This document shows, in pieces, positions 34,053 through 42,942 of a stretch of DNA of 64,000 nucleotides. Origin of the DNA: Rikenellaceae bacterium. Its GTDB lineage: Bacteria > Bacteroidota > Bacteroidia > Bacteroidales > Rikenellaceae. The notes under the pieces were generated by a model that made no database searches, was not told the origin of the DNA, and was given only the letters and a program-made list of their open reading frames with translations. Where the stretch lies: the NCBI GenBank assembly GCA_031554415.1, contig JAVBVG010000013.1:2352-66351 (forward strand), written 5' to 3'. A program made the translations under genes and the position numbers. Numbering within the stretch: position 1 is the stretch's first letter; each line of letters opens with the position of its first letter.

Positions 34053-34630
34053 GTGTCCGCTGCTGCCGCCGCTGCCGCCGCTGCCGCCGCACGGGTTACG
34101 CGGATGGCGCATACGGCCGTCGAGGCGGGGTTCAGAAGGGTCAGGTTATCGTATTTGAGGTCGCCCACGAAGATGGTCTTGCCGATGCCCAGTTCAGTGA
34201 TGTCCACCGTCAGTTCGTCGGGAAGGTCTTTGATGAGGCCGCTTACGGTAAGTTTGCGCTTGCTCTGGACGAGCTTGCCGCCCATTTTGACCCCTTCCGA
34301 GTTACCGACGACGCTTACCGGAATCTCGATGGTGACGGGTTTCGAGTCATTCACGCGGTAGAAGTCCATGTGCAGGATCTCCTCCCTGACGGGGTGGTAC
34401 TGCACTTCGCGGAGCACGCCGAGTTCCTTCGCGCCCTCGATGTCGAGTTCGACGATGTACGATTTCGGGGTGTAGATGATGGCTTTGGCCTCTTTCGCGT
34501 CGAGCGAGAAGTTAACGGGTTCGCCCTGGCCGTAGATAACGGCCGGAATGCGTTCTTCGCGGCGGACGGCTTTGCTGCCTTTCTTGCCGAATTCTTCGCG
34601 CTTTTTCGCGCTGAGTTTGATTGACTGCAT
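34043..34630 (-). CDS. rplY: 50S ribosomal protein L25/general stress protein Ctc
   Basis: It carries RREERIPAVIYG and has a two-domain length. The C-terminal poly-Ala tail is encoded by a GCN repeat. Confidence 0.92.
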   Translation of the reverse strand: MQSIKLSAKKREEFGKKGSKAVRREERIPAVIYGQGEPVNFSLDAKEAKAIIYTPKSYIVELDIEGAKELGVLREVQYHPVREEILHMDFYRVNDSKPVTIEIPVSVVGNSEGVKMGGKLVQSKRKLTVSGLIKDLPDELTVDITELGIGKTIFVGDLKYDNLTLLNPASTAVCAIRVTRAAAAAAAAAAADTKK

Positions 34631-34736
34631 GTTTTTGAATTTTAATAAGTTAACATTTCACTTCAACGCCACTCAGAGCCGGCACTGCAATCCGTCCGGC
34701 TCCCCATAAGCGTTTGCGGGCACAAAGATACAAAGA

Positions 34737-34880
34737 AAATGAAGAATGAAAAATGAAGAATGAAGAATTGTTGTGCAAAACTTATGTTTTGCGATCATAT
34801 TCACTTTCACAACTCATTTATGACGCGGCTAAAAGCCGTGCATCCTTTCTTCATTTTTCATTCTTAATTCTTCATTCATC
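34737..34880. repeat. Heptad-arm composite hairpin (best-preserved copy)
   Basis: The left arm is aaaatgaagaatgaaaaatgaagaatgaagaatt and the right arm is cctttcttcatttttcattcttaattcttcattcatc. The inner hairpins are gcaaaac/gttttgc and gcggct-aaa-agccg. Confidence 0.75.
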
Positions 34881-36584
34881 GTCAATCCGTTGCAGCGGGT
34901 TGACGATGGGCGAGGGTTTCTCCTTGGTGGTTTCCATTTCACCGATCTCGACATCCTCCATCAGCACGGCCGAGGGATAGATCATCGACGCCGGGACCTG
35001 CCCTGCAAGGTAGTTCCGCGCCTGGCTCTCTGCGGAAACCCCGGCCACGCGCTTGAGCTGTGCGAGGGCTACCGGCGTTACTTCGGCATTGCGGACAAGG
35101 GTTCGTTCGCCCGTGGCCGCGTCGATCCTCCACACCATGTTCACCTTGCCGCTCATCTTTTCCACGACGTAGGCGTACTTCAGACCGTCGGCTTTGGCGA
35201 GAGCCACGAGCTCCTTTTCCAATTCTGCCCCGGGCTTTGTTTCCGACGCGGATACTTCCAATGTTCCCGGCGCGACGATGGGCGTTATGTTGATGCTGAA
35301 GCGGTTGCTGCCGGTCGAAGCTGGGGTTTTCAGCGTCGGGATGCGTCCGTTGAGAAGCCGGCGTAGCATCCCCGACTCGATCACCGCGAGCGAAGCCTCG
35401 GGCACCACACCGTCGGCGTCCACTTCGTAATAACCCAGCAGCGGCACGCCCTTGTATTCCTCCATCGCGGAGTGGTTCGTAACAGTGAATTTGCGGTCGA
35501 GAACCCTCTGCCCGACGCGGTTCTCGAGCCTGCGGGCGGCGGACGAAGGCTGCGCTCCGCCGCCGGTTCCTCCTATATAGTACACGCCCCTCTGGCTCTG
35601 CTGGCTTTCGTTGCGCCGCTTTATCAAAAGGCCGTCGCCGTTGTTGGGCAGCAGGTTGTCGTCGAACATCCGGAACACAGGCTGGCCGACGAAGAGCACC
35701 GGCCCCGAGTAGAACTCCTCGATTTTGGGCGCGGCGGCGAATTCGCTCAGGCCGCTGGCGAAATCCTCGACCCTGCCCAGCAGTTCCTCCTGCGGGGGCA
35801 GCGTCATGTCGGACGTGGCGAAAATTTCGATATTATCCGCGAACTCCTCGCCGTCGGGCGTGCGTACCGAGGCTTTGACCGACAGCGATGCGAACGACGA
35901 CGGGCATCGCGTGCGCACCGCCTCGGAGGTGTATTCGTAATTGGTCCAGTCGTATGCGCTCATGCGGACTTCGGAGCCGTACAGCGAAGGGTATTTCGCA
36001 AAAACGGCCGACAGCTCCGCCGTGCGCCGTTCCCACTCCGCCGCGTCGAAACCGAATATGGGGCTTTCGATCGTTTTTTCGATAGCCGCGACGGGGAGAA
36101 GGTCGGGCAGCGCCTCCTCTTCGGGTGTGCGGGCGCTCTGCCGCCTCAAGGCCGTCTTGCGGGCCATATTGGGCGCGGTCTGCTTGTAATTGGCGTCGGT
36201 GTTGAGCCAGAATTCGCGCCTGATCTGCCCTTCGTCTGTGCCGATGGCCGAGCCGCGGATGTTGTAGGCCGAGTTGTAGTTTATGTCGCTGGTCGTGGCG
36301 TAGCCGCCGAACAGCACCCTCGTTGCGTTGATCCTCTGGGGCTGCGTCTGCGACTGTACCACTTCGCCGAGCGACGCGGCGACCGTCATCACGCGGATGT
36401 CGCAGTAGATGTATCCGATCCAGAACGGCTGTCCGAGATCGTCCATGCGCAGGGAGTCCATATTGCGCTGAAGTTCGGTTTCCATCGCGCGGAAAACGGT
36501 TTCGTCCCGGTTTTGCGCCGCCGCCGTCCAGATGACGAGCAGGCTGAATATTGCTAATATGTATTTTTTCATATTATTCTTCAT
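34872..36584 (-). CDS. Secreted TldD/PmbA-family protein (non-catalytic PmbA/TldE-like partner)
   Basis: The signal peptide is MKKYILAIFSLLVIWTAAAQ. I saw no HExxxH. It is paired with the TldD-like gene upstream. The more likely start is 36572, because the first four codons lie in a heptad arm. Confidence 0.65.
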   Translation of the reverse strand: MKNNMKKYILAIFSLLVIWTAAAQNRDETVFRAMETELQRNMDSLRMDDLGQPFWIGYIYCDIRVMTVAASLGEVVQSQTQPQRINATRVLFGGYATTSDINYNSAYNIRGSAIGTDEGQIRREFWLNTDANYKQTAPNMARKTALRRQSARTPEEEALPDLLPVAAIEKTIESPIFGFDAAEWERRTAELSAVFAKYPSLYGSEVRMSAYDWTNYEYTSEAVRTRCPSSFASLSVKASVRTPDGEEFADNIEIFATSDMTLPPQEELLGRVEDFASGLSEFAAAPKIEEFYSGPVLFVGQPVFRMFDDNLLPNNGDGLLIKRRNESQQSQRGVYYIGGTGGGAQPSSAARRLENRVGQRVLDRKFTVTNHSAMEEYKGVPLLGYYEVDADGVVPEASLAVIESGMLRRLLNGRIPTLKTPASTGSNRFSINITPIVAPGTLEVSASETKPGAELEKELVALAKADGLKYAYVVEKMSGKVNMVWRIDAATGERTLVRNAEVTPVALAQLKRVAGVSAESQARNYLAGQVPASMIYPSAVLMEDVEIGEMETTKEKPSPIVNPLQRIDDE

Positions 36585-36594
36585 TCTTCATTCC

Positions 36595-38289
36595 TCATTT
36601 TTCATTCCGACCGTCAGGCCTCGGCAGGACGGGAGGCGTGTCCGACGATTTGGCCTTTCGCTGCACCTCGACCTTTTTGACGAGCACCTGCGGCGACACG
36701 GCGGTTACGGGAACGCTGCCCGATTCGGCCCCGCAGACTCCGGTGAATATTCCGCTCCGGCCGCCCCCCTCGATTATGTTGGAGAACATCGACAGCGGCG
36801 TGCCGATCAGGTCGACGCCCCTCACAAGTTCATCGGGACGTCCGTCGACGTAGATTTTATAGACCTCCAGCGGCGTGACGTTGAACGAGTTGGCGATGAA
36901 GCGGCCGGTCATGGTAAATCCTCCCGTCACCTCCTTGAAATAGAGTCCGAACTCTTTTCCCTGCGACTTCGCCTCCTTGACGAGGGCCTTTCTCAGCTGT
37001 TCATCGGTCAGGTGCCGGTCGGTTTCGACGACGAGGTTTGACTGCCTCGAAACGGGGTTCATATTTTCCATGGCGCGGGCGTGGCCGTTCGACCGGGCGA
37101 ACTCGTCGGTGGGCACCCGCGTCATCAGGAACTCGTTCAGCGTCCCCTTTTTCACGACATCCACGCGGCGCGCTTTCACCCCCTGGTCGTCGTAGAGGTA
37201 ATACCCGTAGAGGTCGCCGCCGCCGAATGCGGTGAGCGTCGGGTCGTCGTAGACCGAGAAGTACTTCGGAAGCACCCCTTGTCCCACCATTTTCTTGAAG
37301 GTCTGGCCGTCGTCGTCGCTTTTCATGCGCTGTCCCTCGATGCGGTGTCCGAATATCTCGTGGAAGAAGACTCCCGCCGCCTCGCCTGAGAGCAGCGCCG
37401 GGCCGGTATATGGATCGACAACCGGAGCGTCCTTCATTTTTTCGAGCGTCGCGGCCATCAGGCGGGTGTCTGTCAGGACCTCTTCGTCCGTCGGGAGCCC
37501 GTCGGGGGAGAATGCGAAATATGAGTTGTAGAGCGGCAGCTCCATGCCGTCGGCCGTGCGCACCATGGCGTTTATCATCAGGCGGCAGGCGCGGCTGTTG
37601 TGGGCGATTTCGGTGCCCTCGCTCGACACGAGGTATTTGCGCAGCACAGTGTAGTCGATCGAGGCCGAGCCGTTCAGGATGTCGGGTGAAGAGAGGAAGA
37701 CGGCGCTGTAGGCTTTGACACGGCGCTCCATTTCGGGACGGTCGAACGCCTTTTCGGCGTCGGAGAGCGGGGGCTCGTAATATTTTTCGACCGGGGCGTC
37801 CGAGAAATCGGGGGCCTTGTCGTCGCGTTTGGTGTTTACCTTGTCGGCCGCGCGCAGTTTTTCGAGCTCCTCTACCGACGCTTTGTAGGCGTCGGCCACC
37901 TCTTTCCAGATCACCTGGCGGATGGCGTCGGCGTCTTCGTCCGAGAGCGGCAGCAGGGTTTTGCCCCGGTAGCCGCCGGCCTGGTAGCCGTCCATACCGC
38001 CCCGGAAGTTGTCGAAGCCGTAATCGCCCAGCCTCACATGCGGCTTGAAGACGCGTTCGTGCGTCTCGAACTGCGACGACAGCACGCCGAACGAGGCCGA
38101 GGCCGCATTGCGGTCGATCGCGGTAACGCGGAAATTCATGTAATAGGGAGGAGCCCCTGTCTTTGAAAGCTCCCCGGCCTGGTAGCTGAGTTCCTCTTTC
38201 AGGATATCCAGCAGCGGTTCCTGGGCGCGCAGCGCGGCGGTTCCTCCCATTGTTGCGACGAATGCCGCCGTTATCAGCAGTTTATGCAT
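36595..38289 (-). CDS. Secreted TldD-family metallopeptidase
   Basis: The signal peptide is MHKLLITAAFVATMGGTAALRAQ. The zinc motif is HEIFGH (FFHEIFGHRIEGQ). Confidence 0.8.
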   Translation of the reverse strand: MHKLLITAAFVATMGGTAALRAQEPLLDILKEELSYQAGELSKTGAPPYYMNFRVTAIDRNAASASFGVLSSQFETHERVFKPHVRLGDYGFDNFRGGMDGYQAGGYRGKTLLPLSDEDADAIRQVIWKEVADAYKASVEELEKLRAADKVNTKRDDKAPDFSDAPVEKYYEPPLSDAEKAFDRPEMERRVKAYSAVFLSSPDILNGSASIDYTVLRKYLVSSEGTEIAHNSRACRLMINAMVRTADGMELPLYNSYFAFSPDGLPTDEEVLTDTRLMAATLEKMKDAPVVDPYTGPALLSGEAAGVFFHEIFGHRIEGQRMKSDDDGQTFKKMVGQGVLPKYFSVYDDPTLTAFGGGDLYGYYLYDDQGVKARRVDVVKKGTLNEFLMTRVPTDEFARSNGHARAMENMNPVSRQSNLVVETDRHLTDEQLRKALVKEAKSQGKEFGLYFKEVTGGFTMTGRFIANSFNVTPLEVYKIYVDGRPDELVRGVDLIGTPLSMFSNIIEGGGRSGIFTGVCGAESGSVPVTAVSPQVLVKKVEVQRKAKSSDTPPVLPRPDGRNEK

Positions 38290-38498
38290 ATAATGGTTTG
38301 TTTAGAGTTTTATTTTTATTGGGATAACTGCAAAGATAGATTTTTTATTGCCTTATCCGCATCCTGTTATTCGGGTCAAAGGATAAATTTACGCATTGGT
38401 TTGGCGGTTTCGCTAATTTTACATTTTTTTGTAATATGAACCACTGTGTTTTATCGTTTTATCCCTAACCCGACTTACTGAAATCCGGACAATACATT

Positions 38499-40862
38499 AT
38501 GAACAGACATCTTTACCAAATTTGCATCGCAGTCTTGTTGTTCGCGGTTGCGGCGGCCGCCGTGTCGTGCGTCAACAAGGACTACAGGGTCGACGAGATC
38601 AATACCGAAGTCCACCTCGCCCCGAACGGGCTCGGCGTTCCCATAGCCGTTATCGACCGGCAAACGATAGGCGACCTGCTCAAAAAGCAGGAAGACCTCG
38701 TCGTGGGCGACGACGGCAGCTACGCGTTCCGCTACGGCGACGACATCGTGTTCAATGTCGACGGCATAAATGTCGGCGGCGTGGGCGATATCGGCGACGC
38801 TTTCCAGGGCATGCAGGTCGACCTGGGTATTCCCGCGTTCGACTTCGAGGACGACACATCCATGGAGCCGATCAGTATCAATCCCACAGGCAGTTTCCCG
38901 GTCGGCATACCTTCGGTTCCCATAATCGTGGCTGTACCCTATTCGGGTTCCGTAAGCACCAGCGACGGCACCGTGACCATAGACGTCGATTTGCCGGATG
39001 AGATCGAGAAGGTACGTGTCGTGTCACTCGGCGGTATCGGCGCCGGGGGCAATCCCGACGGGAGCCTGATAAAGATAAAATTATATCTCAACGGTCTCAA
39101 ACCCGTGACCGGGAGCCTTAAGATAAACAGCGTAAGCGCGGTCCTGCCCGACATATACACGCTCGGCGTTTACCAGACATACGGGGCATCAACCACCGTT
39201 TCCGGCAACGTATTCTCCATTACCGACTACGATGTGCCCGCGGTCCAGATCCAGAATGACAATATAGAAGTGGCTTTTTACATAAAAAGCCTGGATATGA
39301 GCGAACTGCCCATTGTGAGCGGTAATATACACTTCGACCAGCCGTTTTCATGCAGCGTAAACTACACGATCACGACAAATACCGCAGGTAATATGGTAGG
39401 CGCCACGCCGCCTTCTGCGAGTCTGACCGGGCAGCCCTCGTTCCGCGACGCCTCGTTTACTACAAAGGCGATAAACGTCGACGAATCCGCCGTCGTCCCG
39501 CTCGATTATCAGCTCAGTTCGATTCCTGCCGAGGTCGTCAGGGTCGCAGGCGTGGATTTCGACAACGCTCACAAAACCATAACCGTAACGGTTCCCGATC
39601 CGGGACTTCCTTTCAACACCTCGCCCGATATCAAGGTGACTTTCCCGCCGGAACTGTCGCTTACCGACCCCAACGGCAAGATATCGGGGAATGTGCTTAC
39701 AGCTCCGCTTTCGGCTTTCGCAACGGGTTACACGCTGCAGCTGAACGGTATAAACCTCGGCGCCAAAGGCGTTCCCGTCGGCGGGACTATCGACCTGTCC
39801 GCTTTCGACGATATAAAGGCGGAGATCAAGCACACGTTCCCCTCCCAGGATTTCCTCTGGTCGAGGGATATCCAGAATCTTGAGATCAATTCGCTCATGG
39901 ACATCGGCGTTGCGGCGGATCTGGAGGTTTCGACCGTGCGCGTCGTCCTCGACCTTCCGCTCGACGAACACATCGGCAATATCGACCCCATCGACCTTTC
40001 GTCGCTGACGGATATTCTCGGAAGCGAAGAGCAGCATCCCGACCTCACTCCGCCGACCATAATCATGAGCATAACCAATTCGGCGGGTATCGAGATCAGG
40101 GGCGACCTGGCGCTCGACCCGAAGAACAAGAGCGGCGTTTCGCTCGGCAAGGTGGAGATAGACGACATTGTGATCGCCCCATCCGCCGACGGAACCCCGA
40201 CGGAAACCAATATACTCATCGCCGCGCAGGGCGCCACGGTTCCCACGGGCTACACTCCCTACTACACCGCTCTGGGCAACCTTATGGAGACGCTGCCGTC
40301 GACCGTGGCCGTGTCGCTTTCGGCCTGGGCCACTCCCGAGGTCGAACATTCGATCCGCGTGAACCAGGATTTCCCCTTCTCGATGTCCTATAACATCGAT
40401 ATGCCTATCGAGTTCGGCCCGGATATGGACATTGTCGTGGAGATCGACGAGGACGGCCTCAACGAAACTTTCGCCGACCTTGCCGAATACAAGGTCAAGG
40501 TGGCCGACATCACGGTGCATGCCGAGCTGGCGGTTTCGTTCCCATTCAAAGTCAGCGGCATCACCGCCCAGTTTCTCGACGCCGACGGCGAAAGGATAGA
40601 CGGCCTCGACGCCGACGTTACAGGTGCGATAGAGGGACCGGCTCCCGGAGCGGGCGGAACCAAGACATCCACGCTCTCGATATCGCTCAGCGTTCCCAAC
40701 GGAGGCGACTTCGCGGCGCTGTCGGCGATCGACCGGCTCAAACTGCGCCTGCCGCTTACGGGCACCGGCGCGGCCAACAGCCTCAGGCCCGACGACTACC
40801 TTTCGGGCAGGGTGTGGCTTACACTCGACAAAGGCATACATATCGATCCGAGCAAACTTTAA
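38499..40862 (+). CDS. Large surface lipoprotein of unknown function (787 aa)
   Basis: The lipobox is AAAVSCVNKD. The composition is Asp/Gly/Thr/Val-rich, suggesting beta structure. No motif recognised. Confidence 0.6.
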   Translation: MNRHLYQICIAVLLFAVAAAAVSCVNKDYRVDEINTEVHLAPNGLGVPIAVIDRQTIGDLLKKQEDLVVGDDGSYAFRYGDDIVFNVDGINVGGVGDIGDAFQGMQVDLGIPAFDFEDDTSMEPISINPTGSFPVGIPSVPIIVAVPYSGSVSTSDGTVTIDVDLPDEIEKVRVVSLGGIGAGGNPDGSLIKIKLYLNGLKPVTGSLKINSVSAVLPDIYTLGVYQTYGASTTVSGNVFSITDYDVPAVQIQNDNIEVAFYIKSLDMSELPIVSGNIHFDQPFSCSVNYTITTNTAGNMVGATPPSASLTGQPSFRDASFTTKAINVDESAVVPLDYQLSSIPAEVVRVAGVDFDNAHKTITVTVPDPGLPFNTSPDIKVTFPPELSLTDPNGKISGNVLTAPLSAFATGYTLQLNGINLGAKGVPVGGTIDLSAFDDIKAEIKHTFPSQDFLWSRDIQNLEINSLMDIGVAADLEVSTVRVVLDLPLDEHIGNIDPIDLSSLTDILGSEEQHPDLTPPTIIMSITNSAGIEIRGDLALDPKNKSGVSLGKVEIDDIVIAPSADGTPTETNILIAAQGATVPTGYTPYYTALGNLMETLPSTVAVSLSAWATPEVEHSIRVNQDFPFSMSYNIDMPIEFGPDMDIVVEIDEDGLNETFADLAEYKVKVADITVHAELAVSFPFKVSGITAQFLDADGERIDGLDADVTGAIEGPAPGAGGTKTSTLSISLSVPNGGDFAALSAIDRLKLRLPLTGTGAANSLRPDDYLSGRVWLTLDKGIHIDPSKL

Positions 40863-40904
40863 TCCGCCCGAACGACGTAGAATACTTAAAGAATATCCGG
40901 AAAA

Positions 40905-42320
40905 ATGAAGAAAAATATATACAGATCGCTGCTTACACTGGTTTTCGCGCTTTGCGCGGCGGTAGCCTCGGCCCAGATGAAGACCTCCTATTTTATGGAG
41001 GGTTCCATCCAGCGCTACGAAATGAACCCGGCCCTGACGCCGATGCACAGCTACGTCAATATGCCGCTGCTGCCTATCGGCTATCTGGGAATAAACCTCA
41101 ACAACAACTTCGCGTCCGTCGATAATTTCATATACCCCTATCAGGGAGGACACGTTACGGCCCTGCACAGCTCGGTCGGCGCGAAACAGTTCCTCAGCCG
41201 CATGCCCCGGACCTCGGGCCTCGGCACCGACGTGGTCTACGGCCTGCTGGGTTTCGGCAAGTACAGCAAGAAGCACGACTATTTCTGGTCGTTCGGCTGG
41301 AATCTCCGCATCATAACCGATACGGGCATACCCAAAGAGGTTTTCAGCATACTGAAAGATCTCCGCAACGGCTCCTACGATATTCCCGACGTTACCATCG
41401 ACGCGGTGGCGTACAGCGAAATGGCTTTAGGCTTCACCATGCCGGTGGGGTGGCAGAACCTCGTCGTGGGCGGACGCCTCAAGTTGCTGGTGGGACTGCT
41501 GCAGGCCGAAGCCTCTTTCAATAACCTGAACATGAACGTAGCCACGGACAAGGTGAGGGCCACTTTCGGCGGTGAGATGCACGCCAGCATATCCCTTCTG
41601 GATTACACCAACGGCATGGCCGATGAGAACGGGAATCTCGACTTCAATGAAGTGACCAATTTCAGCGGCCGTCTTCAGGCGGGCAATATCATCAGGAACA
41701 TTGGTCTGGCGGTGGATGCCGGCGCCGAGGCGAAGTTCTTCGATAAGCGGCTGAAGGTTTCCGCGGGGTTCAACGACCTGGGCTTCATCCGCTGGAGCGG
41801 CAATAACTCCGTCCACGGGGCCATCGACGACGCCTATTTCGAATACAACGGCTATAATGTCGGTGACGACAAGTGGGATACCGATAAATCCCTCGATCTC
41901 GATAACATACGCTACACCGGCGGCGACGGTTATAACAGAAGGCTGGCCTGCACCCTTAATTTCGGCGCCGAGTATAACTTCTTCAACAACCTGCTGGGCG
42001 TCGGGCTTCTGTCGAGCACACGCTTCGGCGTCAAACGCACCTGGTCGGAACTGACGCTGGCCGGTACGGTCCGTCCCGCCGGCTGGTTCACCGCCTCGAT
42101 CAGCCAGTCGCTGATACAGAACAAGATCGGAGTGTTCGGTTTAGCGCTGAACTTCCATCCGAACGGAGTTAACTTTTTCATAGGCGTGGATTACATCGCG
42201 GCTCAGATAGCGCAGTTGGACGTTGTCTCCCCGAACTTCAGATACCCCCTGCGCGCCAAGTCGCTGAACCTCTACATGGGGCTGGCTTTCACCATCAAGG
42301 GGCGCACCAAACCTTGGTGA
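40905..42320 (+). CDS. Outer-membrane beta-barrel protein (PorP/SprF- or TraF/DUF5723-like by eye)
   Basis: The signal peptide ends ...VASAQ. The YFMEGS...EMNPAL start and alternating beta-strand pattern fit a barrel. It ends LAFTIKGRTKPW. Confidence 0.55.
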   Translation: MKKNIYRSLLTLVFALCAAVASAQMKTSYFMEGSIQRYEMNPALTPMHSYVNMPLLPIGYLGINLNNNFASVDNFIYPYQGGHVTALHSSVGAKQFLSRMPRTSGLGTDVVYGLLGFGKYSKKHDYFWSFGWNLRIITDTGIPKEVFSILKDLRNGSYDIPDVTIDAVAYSEMALGFTMPVGWQNLVVGGRLKLLVGLLQAEASFNNLNMNVATDKVRATFGGEMHASISLLDYTNGMADENGNLDFNEVTNFSGRLQAGNIIRNIGLAVDAGAEAKFFDKRLKVSAGFNDLGFIRWSGNNSVHGAIDDAYFEYNGYNVGDDKWDTDKSLDLDNIRYTGGDGYNRRLACTLNFGAEYNFFNNLLGVGLLSSTRFGVKRTWSELTLAGTVRPAGWFTASISQSLIQNKIGVFGLALNFHPNGVNFFIGVDYIAAQIAQLDVVSPNFRYPLRAKSLNLYMGLAFTIKGRTKPW

Positions 42321-42336
42321 TGATTATTTGAAAATT

Positions 42337-42378
42337 GAAAGAGGCGGAAAACATTGAGTTTTTCCGCCTCTTTCTTTT
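42337..42378. terminator. Bidirectional intrinsic terminator
   Basis: A 15-bp stem, gaaagaggcggaaaa/ttttccgcctctttc, is flanked by T-runs on both strands. Confidence 0.7.
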
Positions 42379-42539
42379 GCAAGCTCCCTCCCCGGAGCCT
42401 GTCCCGAACGAATGTGAGGGAGCCGGAAGAGATGGGGAGGGGTGATCGTACTTTTCAGCTTCTGAAGAAGCCGGGTTGGGAAAGGCCTGCCGCCCCGAGA
42501 GCGGCTTCTCGTTTGTAAGGTATTTCTTTGTCGCCCGGT

Positions 42540-42857
42540 CTACGCTTCCCCCTGTGTGAAGCCTATCGTAAGATGGTCTTCGGGGGAGTTCTGCTGGCCG
42601 TGGAGGTCGATGCGTCCCACGGCGCTTTCGTAGCGGGTGATGTTATCCTGCAGCGACAGGAGCAGCCTTTTGGCGTGTTCCGGACCGAGGATAATGCGGC
42701 TCTTGATCTTCGCTTTGGGCACTCCGGGCATTATCGCCGCGAAGTCGATGACGAATTCCGTCGCCGAATGCGAAATGATCGCGAGGTTTGCATAGTGCCC
42801 CTGGGCTGTCGCTTCGTCCAGCTCGAGGTCTATGCCCTGTTTTTTGGTCTCTGACAT
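42540..42857 (-). CDS. DUF3467-like small protein
   Basis: It contains YANLAIISHSATEFVIDF...RIILGPEHAKRLLLSL. The start is taken at MSETKKQ. Confidence 0.6.
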   Translation of the reverse strand: MSETKKQGIDLELDEATAQGHYANLAIISHSATEFVIDFAAIMPGVPKAKIKSRIILGPEHAKRLLLSLQDNITRYESAVGRIDLHGQQNSPEDHLTIGFTQGEA

Positions 42858-42942
42858 CAAGGGTTTCTGTTTGTTACAATACAAAAATAACGACAACCCC
42901 CTTTCAAAATGCATTGAGGTGGCATAAGTTATTGTCTGTTTT

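Noticed and set aside
34053-34090. GCN trinucleotide run encoding an 11-Ala tract at the C-terminus of L25/Ctc, considered as a possible slippage/phase-variation site
   Set aside because: It is in frame and lies in a non-essential low-complexity tail. A triplet repeat would not shift the frame. I consider it a compositional curiosity only.
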